The position numbers and the translations under genes were made by a program. From Bacteroidia bacterium (GTDB lineage: Bacteria; Bacteroidota; Bacteroidia; Flavobacteriales; Flavobacteriaceae), in contig JAUIBW010000008.1 of the NCBI GenBank assembly GCA_030427585.1, positions 5,831-69,830 on the forward strand: a stretch of DNA of 64,000 bases. The letters run 5' to 3'. Below, piece after piece: positions 54,595 to 63,779 of this stretch. The notes under the pieces are model-generated. The model did not search any database, was not told where the DNA came from, and saw only the letters and a list, made by a program, of their open reading frames with translations. How positions within the stretch are numbered: position 1 is the first letter of the stretch; the number at the start of each line of letters is the position of its first letter.

Positions 54595-55239
54595 ATGGCA
54601 CTCAATACATATATAGATCATACACTATTAAAGGCAAACACCACTGTCGATGATATTAAAAAACTCTGTGCAGAAGCAAAAGAGCACCATTTTTATGCGG
54701 TTTGTGTAAACAGTTATTATGTTGCTTTAGCAGAGAGTGAATTAATGCATACAGACGTTAATATAGCCGCTGTAATAGGTTTTCCTTTGGGAGCTACAAT
54801 CACTAAAGTAAAAGTGTATGAAGCCCAACAATGTATTGATGATGGAGCAAATGAAATTGATATGGTACTTAATATTGGACTATTAAAATCTGGATATTAT
54901 AAAATCATAGAAGAAGAGATAAAAGCAATTAAAAAAGCAATTGGAAAGCATGTGTTGAAGGTAATTTTTGAAAACTGCTATCTCACAGACGAAGAAAAGA
55001 AAATCGCCTGCCAATTATCCCTCAATGCCGGGGCAGATTTTATAAAAACATCAACAGGTTTTGGTACTGGTGGTGCCACTATAAAGGATGTACAACTTAT
55101 GAAAAATGAAGTAAAAAATGCAATTCAAATAAAAGCCTCTGGAGGAATCAGGGATGCAAAAACAGCAAAACAATATATTGATTTAGGTGTATCCAGAATA
55201 GGCACCTCATCTGGGATCACTATAGTAACTTCAAAATAA
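54595..55239 (+). CDS. deoC: deoxyribose-phosphate aldolase
   Basis: IDHTLLK, VCVN, KTSTGF (Schiff-base Lys). Confidence 0.88.
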   Translation: MALNTYIDHTLLKANTTVDDIKKLCAEAKEHHFYAVCVNSYYVALAESELMHTDVNIAAVIGFPLGATITKVKVYEAQQCIDDGANEIDMVLNIGLLKSGYYKIIEEEIKAIKKAIGKHVLKVIFENCYLTDEEKKIACQLSLNAGADFIKTSTGFGTGGATIKDVQLMKNEVKNAIQIKASGGIRDAKTAKQYIDLGVSRIGTSSGITIVTSK

Positions 55240-55245
55240 AATAAG

Positions 55246-55944
55246 ATGAGTTTACATATCGAAGCGCAACCTGGAAAGATAGCAGAAACCGTCTTATTAC
55301 CGGGAGATCCTATACGTGCAAAATGGATTGCACAAACCTTTCTCGACAATCCGATCTGTTATAATGAAGTTAGAGGAATGCTAGGGTATACCGGAAGTTA
55401 CAAAGGTAAACCTGTCTCTGTACAAGGAACCGGAATGGGAATTCCTTCTGCCCTAATCTATAGCCATGAGCTTATTAATGACTATGGGGTCAAGAATTTA
55501 ATTCGGGTAGGCTCGGCTGGTTCTTATCAAAAAGATATTAAGCTTAAAGATATTGTTATCGCCATGGCTGCTTCCTCTACTTCGAATATCAATACTGCCA
55601 GATTTACAAATTCTGACTATTCTCCTACTGCTGATTTTGAATTGTTTATAAAAGCAATACAATATGCAAAAGATAATAACATCCCTATTAAAGCCGGAAA
55701 TGTATTATCCTCTGATGAATTCTACGAAGATGATCCTGATTCATATAAGCGCTGGGCAGAATTTGGAGTGCTTTGTGTTGAAATGGAAACAGCCGGATTA
55801 TATACTATTGCGGCAAAACATAATGTTAAAGCCTTAGCCATTTTAACAATATCTGATTCATTAGTCACAGGAGAAAAAACTTCTTCAGAAGAAAGAGCAA
55901 CTACTTTTAATAAAATGGTAGAAATTGCTCTAGGAACTCTTTAA
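55246..55944 (+). CDS. deoD: purine nucleoside phosphorylase, DeoD type
   Basis: HI.A..G.IA..VLLPGDP.RA, VQGTGMGIPS, VEMETAGLY. Confidence 0.9.
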   Translation: MSLHIEAQPGKIAETVLLPGDPIRAKWIAQTFLDNPICYNEVRGMLGYTGSYKGKPVSVQGTGMGIPSALIYSHELINDYGVKNLIRVGSAGSYQKDIKLKDIVIAMAASSTSNINTARFTNSDYSPTADFELFIKAIQYAKDNNIPIKAGNVLSSDEFYEDDPDSYKRWAEFGVLCVEMETAGLYTIAAKHNVKALAILTISDSLVTGEKTSSEERATTFNKMVEIALGTL

Positions 55945-55962
55945 AATAATTTATGACATAGA

Positions 55963-56004
55963 AACAATAACCTCACAGGTTTTGAAACCTGTGAGGTTAT
56001 TGTT
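55963..56004. terminator. bidirectional terminator hairpin with a CCTCACAGGT core (repeat family copy 4)
   Basis: AACAATAACCTCACAGGTTT / AAACCTGTGAGGTTATTGTT, between the convergent deoD and usp genes. Confidence 0.75.
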
Positions 56005-56844
56005 TTAAATTTTAAATGTAATCACAGGCTTGTTTGCATGATTTGCAATATCCTCGCCTATACTTCCATTAAAGAAATGTGCCAAACCACGACGACCATG
56101 GGTCGGAATCGCAATGATATCTGCATTAATCTTTTTACTATAATTAAAAACCCCACTTTCTACACTATAGTCATTAAAGTAAGTTACCTTATCATACGTA
56201 TCTAGATTGCCAGAGTCTGCTTTAAAAAGAAATTCTCTTACTCGTTCTTCTATTTGATCCGAACTTCTAAATTGTTCTCCTGGTAAATTAACATATAACA
56301 AATGTATATTTGCATCTAGATCGTTAAATAATTTCATTGCATTATGATATGCTTTAATATTTTCTATCTTAAAATCACAAGCAAATACAACTTCTTTTAA
56401 AGCAAAGTTATCTACAGGGTTCTTTATAACCAACACGGGGATATCTGATGTGCGTACTACTTTTTCTGTGTTTGACCCTATAAATACTTCTTCTCGCAAA
56501 CCACTAATACCATGGGATCCCATAACGATAAGGTCTGCATCATTTTCGTGAGCAACTTCATTAATTTCACTAAAAATCTTATAGTTTTGTACCGTCTCTG
56601 TAATTTTAATACCTTTTAGGTATTCTTTATCAAGAAAAGTACTAAACCTTTTTTCGGCAAGTTTCATATAATACATTGCTTCATTCGCCTCCTGAGTTTC
56701 ATTTTTAATTAATACGGCTTCAGACAATCCCAGCATATGCAATACTATGATTTCAGCATTTTGTTGTTTAGCTAATAGTGCTGCAACCTGTAATGCGTAT
56801 TCTGAATATTCTGAAAAGTCTACGGGTACAAGAATTTTTTTCAT
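56005..56844 (-). CDS. universal stress protein, tandem Usp domains
   Basis: ILVPVDFSEYSEYALQVAALLA, VMGSHGISGLREEVFIGSNT, second half PTHGRRGLAHFFNGSI. Confidence 0.85.
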   Translation of the reverse strand: MKKILVPVDFSEYSEYALQVAALLAKQQNAEIIVLHMLGLSEAVLIKNETQEANEAMYYMKLAEKRFSTFLDKEYLKGIKITETVQNYKIFSEINEVAHENDADLIVMGSHGISGLREEVFIGSNTEKVVRTSDIPVLVIKNPVDNFALKEVVFACDFKIENIKAYHNAMKLFNDLDANIHLLYVNLPGEQFRSSDQIEERVREFLFKADSGNLDTYDKVTYFNDYSVESGVFNYSKKINADIIAIPTHGRRGLAHFFNGSIGEDIANHANKPVITFKI

Positions 56845-56896
56845 GATTATCTGTTTTTATAATATCAAAATTAGAAGATGTTATTACCAATTAATA

Positions 56897-56908
56897 TGAT
56901 AATTATCA
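56897..56908 (-). promoter_or_regulatory. FixK/FNR-like box TGATAATTATCA
   Basis: On the minus strand, 23 nt later comes TAATTTTG, a perfect TAnnTTTG. Confidence 0.65.
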
Positions 56909-56978
56909 TATCAATATAATACATAGTATGTGTAAAAAATAATTTTTTTTATAGTATATTTCTATACTACTAAAAACA

Positions 56979-57251
56979 ATGCAAAAACATTATAACATCA
57001 CAGTAAAAGGAAAAGTCCAAGGAGTATGGTATAGAAAAAATACCCAGGAAAAAGCTATAGTGCTTCAAATTACAGGAAACGTAAGAAACCTACCTAACGG
57101 AGATGTTTATATAGAAGCCGAAGGAGATAAAAACCAATTAAACCTCTTATTAGAATGGTGTGCTATAGGCCCGGAATTTGCAAAAGTAGATACTGTTTCT
57201 TTTGAAGAAGGTGACTTGCAACTTTTTAAAAGCTTTGATGTTTTGCATTAG
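56979..57251 (+). CDS. acylphosphatase
   Basis: V.GKVQGVWYRKNT; 90 aa. Confidence 0.8.
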   Translation: MQKHYNITVKGKVQGVWYRKNTQEKAIVLQITGNVRNLPNGDVYIEAEGDKNQLNLLLEWCAIGPEFAKVDTVSFEEGDLQLFKSFDVLH

Positions 57252-57311
57252 CCCCTTTTTTAAACCTTATTGCTAATTAAATCACAAATTAATTTAACTT
57301 CTTGTTAAGTA

Positions 57312-57323
57312 TGACATTTCTCA
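57312..57323 (+). promoter_or_regulatory. FixK/FNR-like box TGACATTTCTCA upstream of the peroxiredoxin gene
   Basis: 23 nt later comes TATTTTTA. It is 152 nt upstream of the ATG, which implies a long leader. Confidence 0.45.
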
Positions 57324-57474
57324 TTTTAACCTGCTTAAAAAGATAGTATTTTTAAGCTATAACTTTAAATGAGTTAGTAGTAAAAAATACACTTATTTAT
57401 ATATTTAATAGTCTTTCTTTTGTGAAGATTATATCATAAGTCTTTCTCTTAATTCAATTAACAACATTAAAATT

Positions 57475-58140
57475 ATGGAATCAACAGAAATAAAAACAAA
57501 TAGCATGCCGAGAATAGGCGATGATGCACCAGATTTTGAAGCATTAACCACCCACGGTAATTTAAAATTTTCTGAGTTTGCAGATGGAAAATGGGTAGTT
57601 TTGTTTTCGCACCCAGCTGATTTTACACCAGTCTGCACAACAGAATTAAGTGGTTTCGCAGAAAGAAAACAAGAGTTTGAAGCTCTAAACACTAAACTTA
57701 TGGGTCTAAGCATTGATAGTATTCATTCTCATCTGGCTTGGGTGAATAATGTAAAAGAAAAAACTGGAGTATATCTTGACTTTCCTATAATTGCAGATCT
57801 GGATATGAAAGTTGCCAAACTATATGGTATGTTACAGCCTAATGAAAGTATAACAGCAGCTGTGCGAGCCGTATTTTTTATAGACCCGTATCAAAAAATA
57901 AGACTTATTATGTATTATCCTCTTAATATAGGGCGTAATATGGATGAGATCCTTAGAGTATTACAAGGCCTACAAGTATCTGATGAACATAAAGTAGCTT
58001 TACCGCTAAATTGGAAAAAAGGAGATAAAGTAATTGTTCCTCCTCCTAAAACCCTAGAACAAATGGAAGAAAGAATACAAGATGCTTCTTATGAAAAAGT
58101 AGATTTTTATCTAGCTAAAAAAGAATTACATCTTAACTAA
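57475..58140 (+). CDS. peroxiredoxin (1-Cys/Prx6-like)
   Basis: IGDDAPDFEA.T..G, VLFSHPADFTPVCTTE, W. Confidence 0.88.
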   Translation: MESTEIKTNSMPRIGDDAPDFEALTTHGNLKFSEFADGKWVVLFSHPADFTPVCTTELSGFAERKQEFEALNTKLMGLSIDSIHSHLAWVNNVKEKTGVYLDFPIIADLDMKVAKLYGMLQPNESITAAVRAVFFIDPYQKIRLIMYYPLNIGRNMDEILRVLQGLQVSDEHKVALPLNWKKGDKVIVPPPKTLEQMEERIQDASYEKVDFYLAKKELHLN

Positions 58141-58166
58141 AATAATAAATATTGAGAATACAACCC

Positions 58167-58204
58167 AAGCCTCTCATGTTTCGATAATCCGGGGAGGCTT
58201 TTTA
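58167..58204 (+). terminator. terminator after the peroxiredoxin gene
   Basis: AAGCCTC...GAGGCTT followed by TTTT. Confidence 0.6.
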
Positions 58205-58333
58205 CTATCAATAATAGATTATCTATTTTACAAAAACAGCAAAGCCTACCAGGTCTCCTCCTAGCAGGCTTTGTCTACTAACCAATCAATTATTGAAAAA
58301 ACTTAGCATTACATGCAGCTCAATAGGACTGCA

Positions 58334-58783
58334 TTACTTTTTTATTTTAATTTTTTGCCAATTCGTATCTGCTTTCTTTTGCAACTTTAGAGCATCTTCT
58401 TTTATCCATTTATCTAATGTGTTAATTCCCCATGCATTATAAAATAGATACAACTTACCATCTCTTACTTCAAAAGTTTTGGGGTTTATATCCACTTTTT
58501 CGCTATTCACTGCCACCGCATAGGCACAATACCCTCCATATTGCGGAACATATTTATTAGGATTATTTTTAAACTTCTCTAAGTTTTCCTGATTTACAAA
58601 TTTGTAGTTTACTTTATCATGAGTTGCTATAAATTTACTGTTCCCTTTAACTGCTTTGTTATTAAAGTATTCTGTTACATCGTATCCCTCTGCTACAAAA
58701 TCTTTATTCGTATTATAATCTATTTGTTGAGCACTTGCAGTTGCTATCAAAACAAAGAGTAGTATGGTTATATATGGTTTCAT
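58334..58783 (-). CDS. YHS-domain-like secreted protein
   Basis: Signal peptide. The GYDVTEYF...AVKG...Y.F....L.KF..NP..Y.PQYGGYCA pattern is typical of YHS-type proteins. Confidence 0.5.
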   Translation of the reverse strand: MKPYITILLFVLIATASAQQIDYNTNKDFVAEGYDVTEYFNNKAVKGNSKFIATHDKVNYKFVNQENLEKFKNNPNKYVPQYGGYCAYAVAVNSEKVDINPKTFEVRDGKLYLFYNAWGINTLDKWIKEDALKLQKKADTNWQKIKIKK

Positions 58784-58871
58784 GTATTTGTTTTTATTAC
58801 GATCTCACACGTTAAGTCGTAAAAAAACTCAATCATTACACTTTTAACATAATTATAAGATAATTAAGCTA

Positions 58872-59390
58872 TTACATCAGAAAATTAGTAGTTTCTGGAT
58901 ACGGTATAAGAGCACTAATCAATAGACTAATGCTATCTTTTGCAATTAAGGTAATAGATAACAATGTAGCAGTGACTACTACAGCAGAAGCTACATTATT
59001 TTGTTGAATATCTTTAAACTCATTTACACCCTTGGTAAAAGCAGAAAAAAGTAAAAAAACCGAAGTATTAATAAGCAAGGCAAATATAAATCCAATACCT
59101 AGATATAAGCCAGAATATTGAATAATTTCTCCAAGCATAATTTCATTCTCTCCAGACATCGATAGTCGTATCATATTGGTTATCGACGGGATAATCTCTC
59201 CTAGAATCATACCAATCGATAAAATAATTCCGGCTGCAAAAACAGAAAAAGCCATGTTATCTTCTCTAAAGGAAATATTCTTAAAAAATACGCTTTGCAG
59301 AATTTTAAAAGAAATAAACAATATAAGTACAGAAACGACAATAGCAAGTACTATTTCTATAAAAGCAAGGGTTAATAGTTTCGTTTGCAT
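58872..59390 (-). CDS. DUF350-like membrane protein
   Basis: Four TM helices with NMAFSVFAAGIILSIGMIL and NVASAVVVTATLLSITLI repeats. Confidence 0.45.
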   Translation of the reverse strand: MQTKLLTLAFIEIVLAIVVSVLILFISFKILQSVFFKNISFREDNMAFSVFAAGIILSIGMILGEIIPSITNMIRLSMSGENEIMLGEIIQYSGLYLGIGFIFALLINTSVFLLFSAFTKGVNEFKDIQQNNVASAVVVTATLLSITLIAKDSISLLISALIPYPETTNFLM

Positions 59391-59395
59391 GAGTT

Positions 59396-60415
59396 TTAGG
59401 TGTTAGTTAGTACGATATACCAATGATTTATGTTATCAAAATTTTTGGGTAATGTGCCAATGGTAAAATGTTTATTTGTGGTCTCCCATAAGTAATATCG
59501 TTTTCCATTCTGCACTTTATATATTCCTTTTGCCGGGATATGTACCCCAAGAACAGAGTGCTTATAATAATCGCTATTAAGAATAGCTACATCATATCCA
59601 AAATGACTAAGAATAGCATAAATAATAACAGTTCTGGTATCACAATCTCCTTTTAAATTTCCCATAAAACCTACTGGGTTTTGAATTCCAAAAGGAATAT
59701 TACCAATACAACAATCAGAGCATTCTTCTAATATCATTCGAATAGATTCTTCATATTTTTCTGGAGATTCACAATCATTTTCGAAAACAAAAGAATACGG
59801 AATATCTTGTATAAAAGTCACTACCATTTCTGTAAACTCAAATTGATTTAGTTTGTTCGAGTTTTTAATCGCAGTAAGTTCATTAAGAATTAAATCTAGT
59901 CTCGGTGTATCAGAAGTTGCAAGATATTGATACAACTTACCCCAGGACTGCTGTTTATGTTTTTGTACAGTATTAAAATATTCTTTTCTAGAAGAAAAAT
60001 AGTCCTTTTCACGAATCGAAAATTTTCCTTTAAAAGTGTTACCATAATTATCTGTCCATTGTCGATTCTGCCGTAATAGTACTATAGAGTCTCCTTCTTT
60101 CAGAATTTTCTCTCTATAAATATATTCTGAAATATCAGATTTTTGGCTTTCTATAGTTATCGGAATAGTACCCAGCATATGCCGTAGTCCTAGTATAGAC
60201 CCCAAAACAAAAGTACTATACAATACATAACGCCATTGAAATCTTTTTTGATTACTATCTAATTTCTCTAATAACCAAGAAAGTAATAATAGTACTAATG
60301 CAAAGGCCCAGAATAAAGAAATAGAGAAAAAAGCTTGTACAACACTACTACTTACCAAAGAGATTAATATAATCGCCGGAAACGAAAAACAACCTAATTT
60401 CTTTTTAATTGCCAT
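59396..60415 (-). CDS. membrane protein with a possible transglutaminase-like cysteine peptidase core
   Basis: N-terminal TM helices. KGDCDTRTVIIYAILSHFGYDVAIL...HSVLGV...YLWETT resembles a Cys-His-Asp/Glu transglutaminase-like core. Confidence 0.35.
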   Translation of the reverse strand: MAIKKKLGCFSFPAIILISLVSSSVVQAFFSISLFWAFALVLLLLSWLLEKLDSNQKRFQWRYVLYSTFVLGSILGLRHMLGTIPITIESQKSDISEYIYREKILKEGDSIVLLRQNRQWTDNYGNTFKGKFSIREKDYFSSRKEYFNTVQKHKQQSWGKLYQYLATSDTPRLDLILNELTAIKNSNKLNQFEFTEMVVTFIQDIPYSFVFENDCESPEKYEESIRMILEECSDCCIGNIPFGIQNPVGFMGNLKGDCDTRTVIIYAILSHFGYDVAILNSDYYKHSVLGVHIPAKGIYKVQNGKRYYLWETTNKHFTIGTLPKNFDNINHWYIVLTNT

Positions 60416-60417
60416 AT

Positions 60418-61398
60418 TTATAGCACCATTAAATTACAGCCTCTGATATCACTATGATCAAATCTACCAATAATTTCGAAACCCCCATCGCTATACGTTT
60501 TACCCAAATCCTGAGTAGCGATAAAAGAACATGAATTTATATTTGCCAGATCTATAACATTTATACCTCCTGTTTTATTAACTTCTAATTGAGTTAAAGC
60601 ATCTTCGGGATTTCTGATCGAAACTTTCATCCAGGGAGGACAGTAAAAAAGTCCATCTTTTTTAGAATAGGCTTGCGATAACAATTCTGTCATCCCATAT
60701 TCGCTATGAATTTGAGAAACTCCAAAACCATTTTTAAGAATCTTATGTAATTCTTCACGAATCATTTCTTTTCTACGGCCTTTCATACCCCCAGTTTCCA
60801 TAATTACCGATCTCTCATTTAATCGTACATCATAATTTTCAACAAGATCTAATAAAGCAAACGAAACTCCCAGAAGTAGTATTTTTTTATCTTCTGAAAT
60901 AAGTTGCCGAAGGGTTGCTATCAATTTTTTAGTATCGTGTAAATAAAATCCACTTTGGGGATGATTACTATCATTAATTAATTTTTCGGTCATATATACC
61001 AAAGAAGAGCCATCTCTTTCTAAATAAGAAGGTAGTAATGCCAAAACTATATAATCTGTTATGTCACCATAGAAATGTTGAAATCCTTTTCTAAAACTTC
61101 TTTCATACACTGTAAGGTCACTAACATGATGTTGACTAGTCACATTACCCGTCGTACCGCTGCTGGTAAAAACTTTATGTATTGAAGCTCTAGTGCTTAC
61201 AATTTTTTCTTGTTTAAAGAATTGGATTGGCAAATATGGAATCTCATCAATACATTTTACCGAAGTTTTTGCTATTCCTAAAAGATTACAAAACCTCTGG
61301 TATGTTAAATTGTTGCTGTATTGATGTTTAAAAACATGTAGGGCCGATCTCTCAAAATCTGTGTTGTTTTGAATAGAAAAAATAGTATCAGCCTGCAT
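60418..61398 (-). CDS. LuxE/PaaK-like acyl-protein synthetase family protein
   Basis: N-terminal FE..AL.VF..QY..N..Y..F pattern, SSGTTG adenylate-forming motif, METGGMKGRR. Confidence 0.55.
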   Translation of the reverse strand: MQADTIFSIQNNTDFERSALHVFKHQYSNNLTYQRFCNLLGIAKTSVKCIDEIPYLPIQFFKQEKIVSTRASIHKVFTSSGTTGNVTSQHHVSDLTVYERSFRKGFQHFYGDITDYIVLALLPSYLERDGSSLVYMTEKLINDSNHPQSGFYLHDTKKLIATLRQLISEDKKILLLGVSFALLDLVENYDVRLNERSVIMETGGMKGRRKEMIREELHKILKNGFGVSQIHSEYGMTELLSQAYSKKDGLFYCPPWMKVSIRNPEDALTQLEVNKTGGINVIDLANINSCSFIATQDLGKTYSDGGFEIIGRFDHSDIRGCNLMVL

Positions 61399-61511
61399 AA
61401 GATTTGTTCAACAGATTTTGTAGAACAAAGGTATAAAAAAGGGTGTCTTTTTAGTCCTGTTTTTTTAGATTATAAAAAACAGGGGCAAAAGAAAGTATTT
61501 TAAATCAAAAA

Positions 61512-61859
61512 TTATTTAATAATAAGTTTCTTGGTAGCTTTTAAATCACCTTCGGTAACTTTAATTACATACACGCCGGGATTTAAATGAGTAATATCTA
61601 ATTCTCTACCAATTAAAACTTTAAAAAGCACTTTCTCTCCTAAAACTGTAAAAATTGAAACTGTTTTAGTAAGGTTTTTAGTAGAGGTAATATATAATAC
61701 ACTTCCAGCAGGTGCTGGGTTAGGGAACAAACGCAATCCTTCGATTTTTATACTATTCGAATCTTGTGTTTCGGCTATATCAGACTGTGCTTGGATTCCT
61801 GGAGCAAAGGAAAAGCAGATAAAACTAATACATGTAAGCAGTAAGTAGATTTTTTTCAT
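61512..61859 (-). CDS. small secreted protein with a T9SS C-terminal sorting domain
   Basis: Signal peptide MKKIYLLLTCISFICFSFAPGIQAQ (start moved to 61859). C-terminal LFPNPA...V.IF...G..V.......LNPGVYVIKV....KKLIIK. Confidence 0.75.
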   Translation of the reverse strand: MKKIYLLLTCISFICFSFAPGIQAQSDIAETQDSNSIKIEGLRLFPNPAPAGSVLYITSTKNLTKTVSIFTVLGEKVLFKVLIGRELDITHLNPGVYVIKVTEGDLKATKKLIIK

Positions 61860-62299
61860 ACAAAAATTTATTTTGGGGCAATAAATATACAACATAAAAA
61901 TTAAAAACATTACAAATTATTAGCATACTTATGTATAAAACCCAGACTTAATGGTAGTTCTGTAAACAAATTACGGTTTTCACTTATTAAATATTCTGAT
62001 TTTATTCTCGCCTGCAAATTTATCATTTTCGCCCTTAATTTTATCTTTTTTATAGTATCCTTTTCTAATAAAGATATCATCACAGATTTAAGAATTCAAA
62101 ATTCTTACTAACAAAAAAATCAAAATGAATTCAAATTTAAATTTTGTAAATCAAAAATAATGCCTGATATTTGTTTCATTATGAAGTTATAAAAGAATTA
62201 TATACATAATTGTGCGCATAGAGACCTCTCGATTTAGAAGCTAAGAATTCCTTCTTTAGTGTTTCTCATTTATATTTTCAATTCGTAATTCTTATTATA

Positions 62300-63706
62300 A
62301 TGACTCAAAAAAAACTTACACTTACCCGTATATTTTCATATTTCAAAATTGCACTAACTGGTAAAGAACAAGAATTCACTTCAGGGAGTATTCGCAGAGC
62401 AGTTTTCATGCTTTCTGTACCTATGGTTCTAGAAATGATGATGGAATCTATCTTTTTTCTTGTAGATGCTTACTATGTTTCTAGTCTTGGGGCCAATGCT
62501 ATAGCCACAGTAGGGTTAACAGAATCTGTACTTACTCTGGTATATGCTATTGCTATTGGACTTAGTATGGGAGTTACTGCAATTGTTGCTCGCAGAGTGG
62601 GTGAAAAAGATATTAGTGGTGCCTCTCAAACAGCAATACAATCTATTCTTTTAGGAATAGTAATTGCTGCAATAATTAGCTGTATCGGTATTCTTTTTCC
62701 GAAAGAAATACTTGGACTCATGGGAGCCGAACCCGATCTCATCGCAGATGGATATGGTTACACTCAAGTATTATTAGGTGGAAACGTGACCATCATGCTT
62801 CTGTTTTTAATCAATGCTGTATTTAGAGGAGCAGGTGATGCTTCTGTAGCGATGCGAGTATTAATCTTTTCTAATCTATTAAATATCATTCTGGATCCGA
62901 TTTTTATTTTCGGGTTTGGCCCTGTTCCTGCTTTTGGTGTACAAGGAGCTGCAATCGCTACAACTATAGGTAGAGGTAGTGCTGTACTATTTCAGTTACT
63001 CATTCTTTTTTATGGCTGGAGTAAGATCAAGGTTACTTTTAAAGATATTGTTTTTAGAGCAGGAATTATGCTTAATCTAGTTAAAGTCTCTTTGGGAGGG
63101 ATCGGACAATTTATTATCGGAACATCTAGCTGGGTATTCTTGATGCGAATTATGGCCGAATTTGGTAGTGAAGTACTGGCAGGGTATACAATTGCTATTA
63201 GAGTATTAATGTTTACGCTAATGCCTTCCTGGGGAATGAGTAATGCTGCAGCTACATTAGTAGGTCAAAACTTAGGTGCTGCCAAGCCAGAACGTGCCGA
63301 GCAATCGGTTTGGAAAACAGGAAAATACAATGCCTATTTTATGGCTATTGTATCTATATTTTATCTTGTATTTGCAGAAGTAATTATAAGAATCTTTAGT
63401 GATGAAGCATTAATCATAGAATATGGAGCCTTAAGTTTACGTGTAATTGCTGCAGGTTACGTATTCTATGCCTATGGTATGGTGATCATACAATCTTTTA
63501 ACGGGGCAGGTGATACCAAGACCCCTACGGTCATTAATTTCTTTTGCTTCTGGGTATTTCAGCTTCCATTTGCATACCTGGCAGCTTTAATCCTCAATTG
63601 GGGCGCAATGGGTGTATTTCTTGCGATTACCTTTGCCGAAGTTTTAATCGCAGTGATTGGGATTATCTGGTTTAAAAAAGGAAAATGGAAAGAAGTAAAG
63701 GTATAG
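62300..63706 (+). CDS. MATE family efflux transporter
   Basis: 12 TM helices, with P.VLE....S.F.LVDAYYVS and GAGDTKTP motifs. Confidence 0.85.
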   Translation: MTQKKLTLTRIFSYFKIALTGKEQEFTSGSIRRAVFMLSVPMVLEMMMESIFFLVDAYYVSSLGANAIATVGLTESVLTLVYAIAIGLSMGVTAIVARRVGEKDISGASQTAIQSILLGIVIAAIISCIGILFPKEILGLMGAEPDLIADGYGYTQVLLGGNVTIMLLFLINAVFRGAGDASVAMRVLIFSNLLNIILDPIFIFGFGPVPAFGVQGAAIATTIGRGSAVLFQLLILFYGWSKIKVTFKDIVFRAGIMLNLVKVSLGGIGQFIIGTSSWVFLMRIMAEFGSEVLAGYTIAIRVLMFTLMPSWGMSNAAATLVGQNLGAAKPERAEQSVWKTGKYNAYFMAIVSIFYLVFAEVIIRIFSDEALIIEYGALSLRVIAAGYVFYAYGMVIIQSFNGAGDTKTPTVINFFCFWVFQLPFAYLAALILNWGAMGVFLAITFAEVLIAVIGIIWFKKGKWKEVKV

Positions 63707-63737
63707 TATCATTTCTGATGTATGATGAAATTGAAAA

Positions 63738-63777
63738 TTAGTTCTCACAGGTTGTCATGAAGATTTGTGAGAACTAA
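63738..63777. terminator. bidirectional terminator hairpin
   Basis: TTAGTTCTCACA-16 nt-TGTGAGAACTAA between convergent genes. Confidence 0.7.
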
Positions 63778-63779
63778 TG

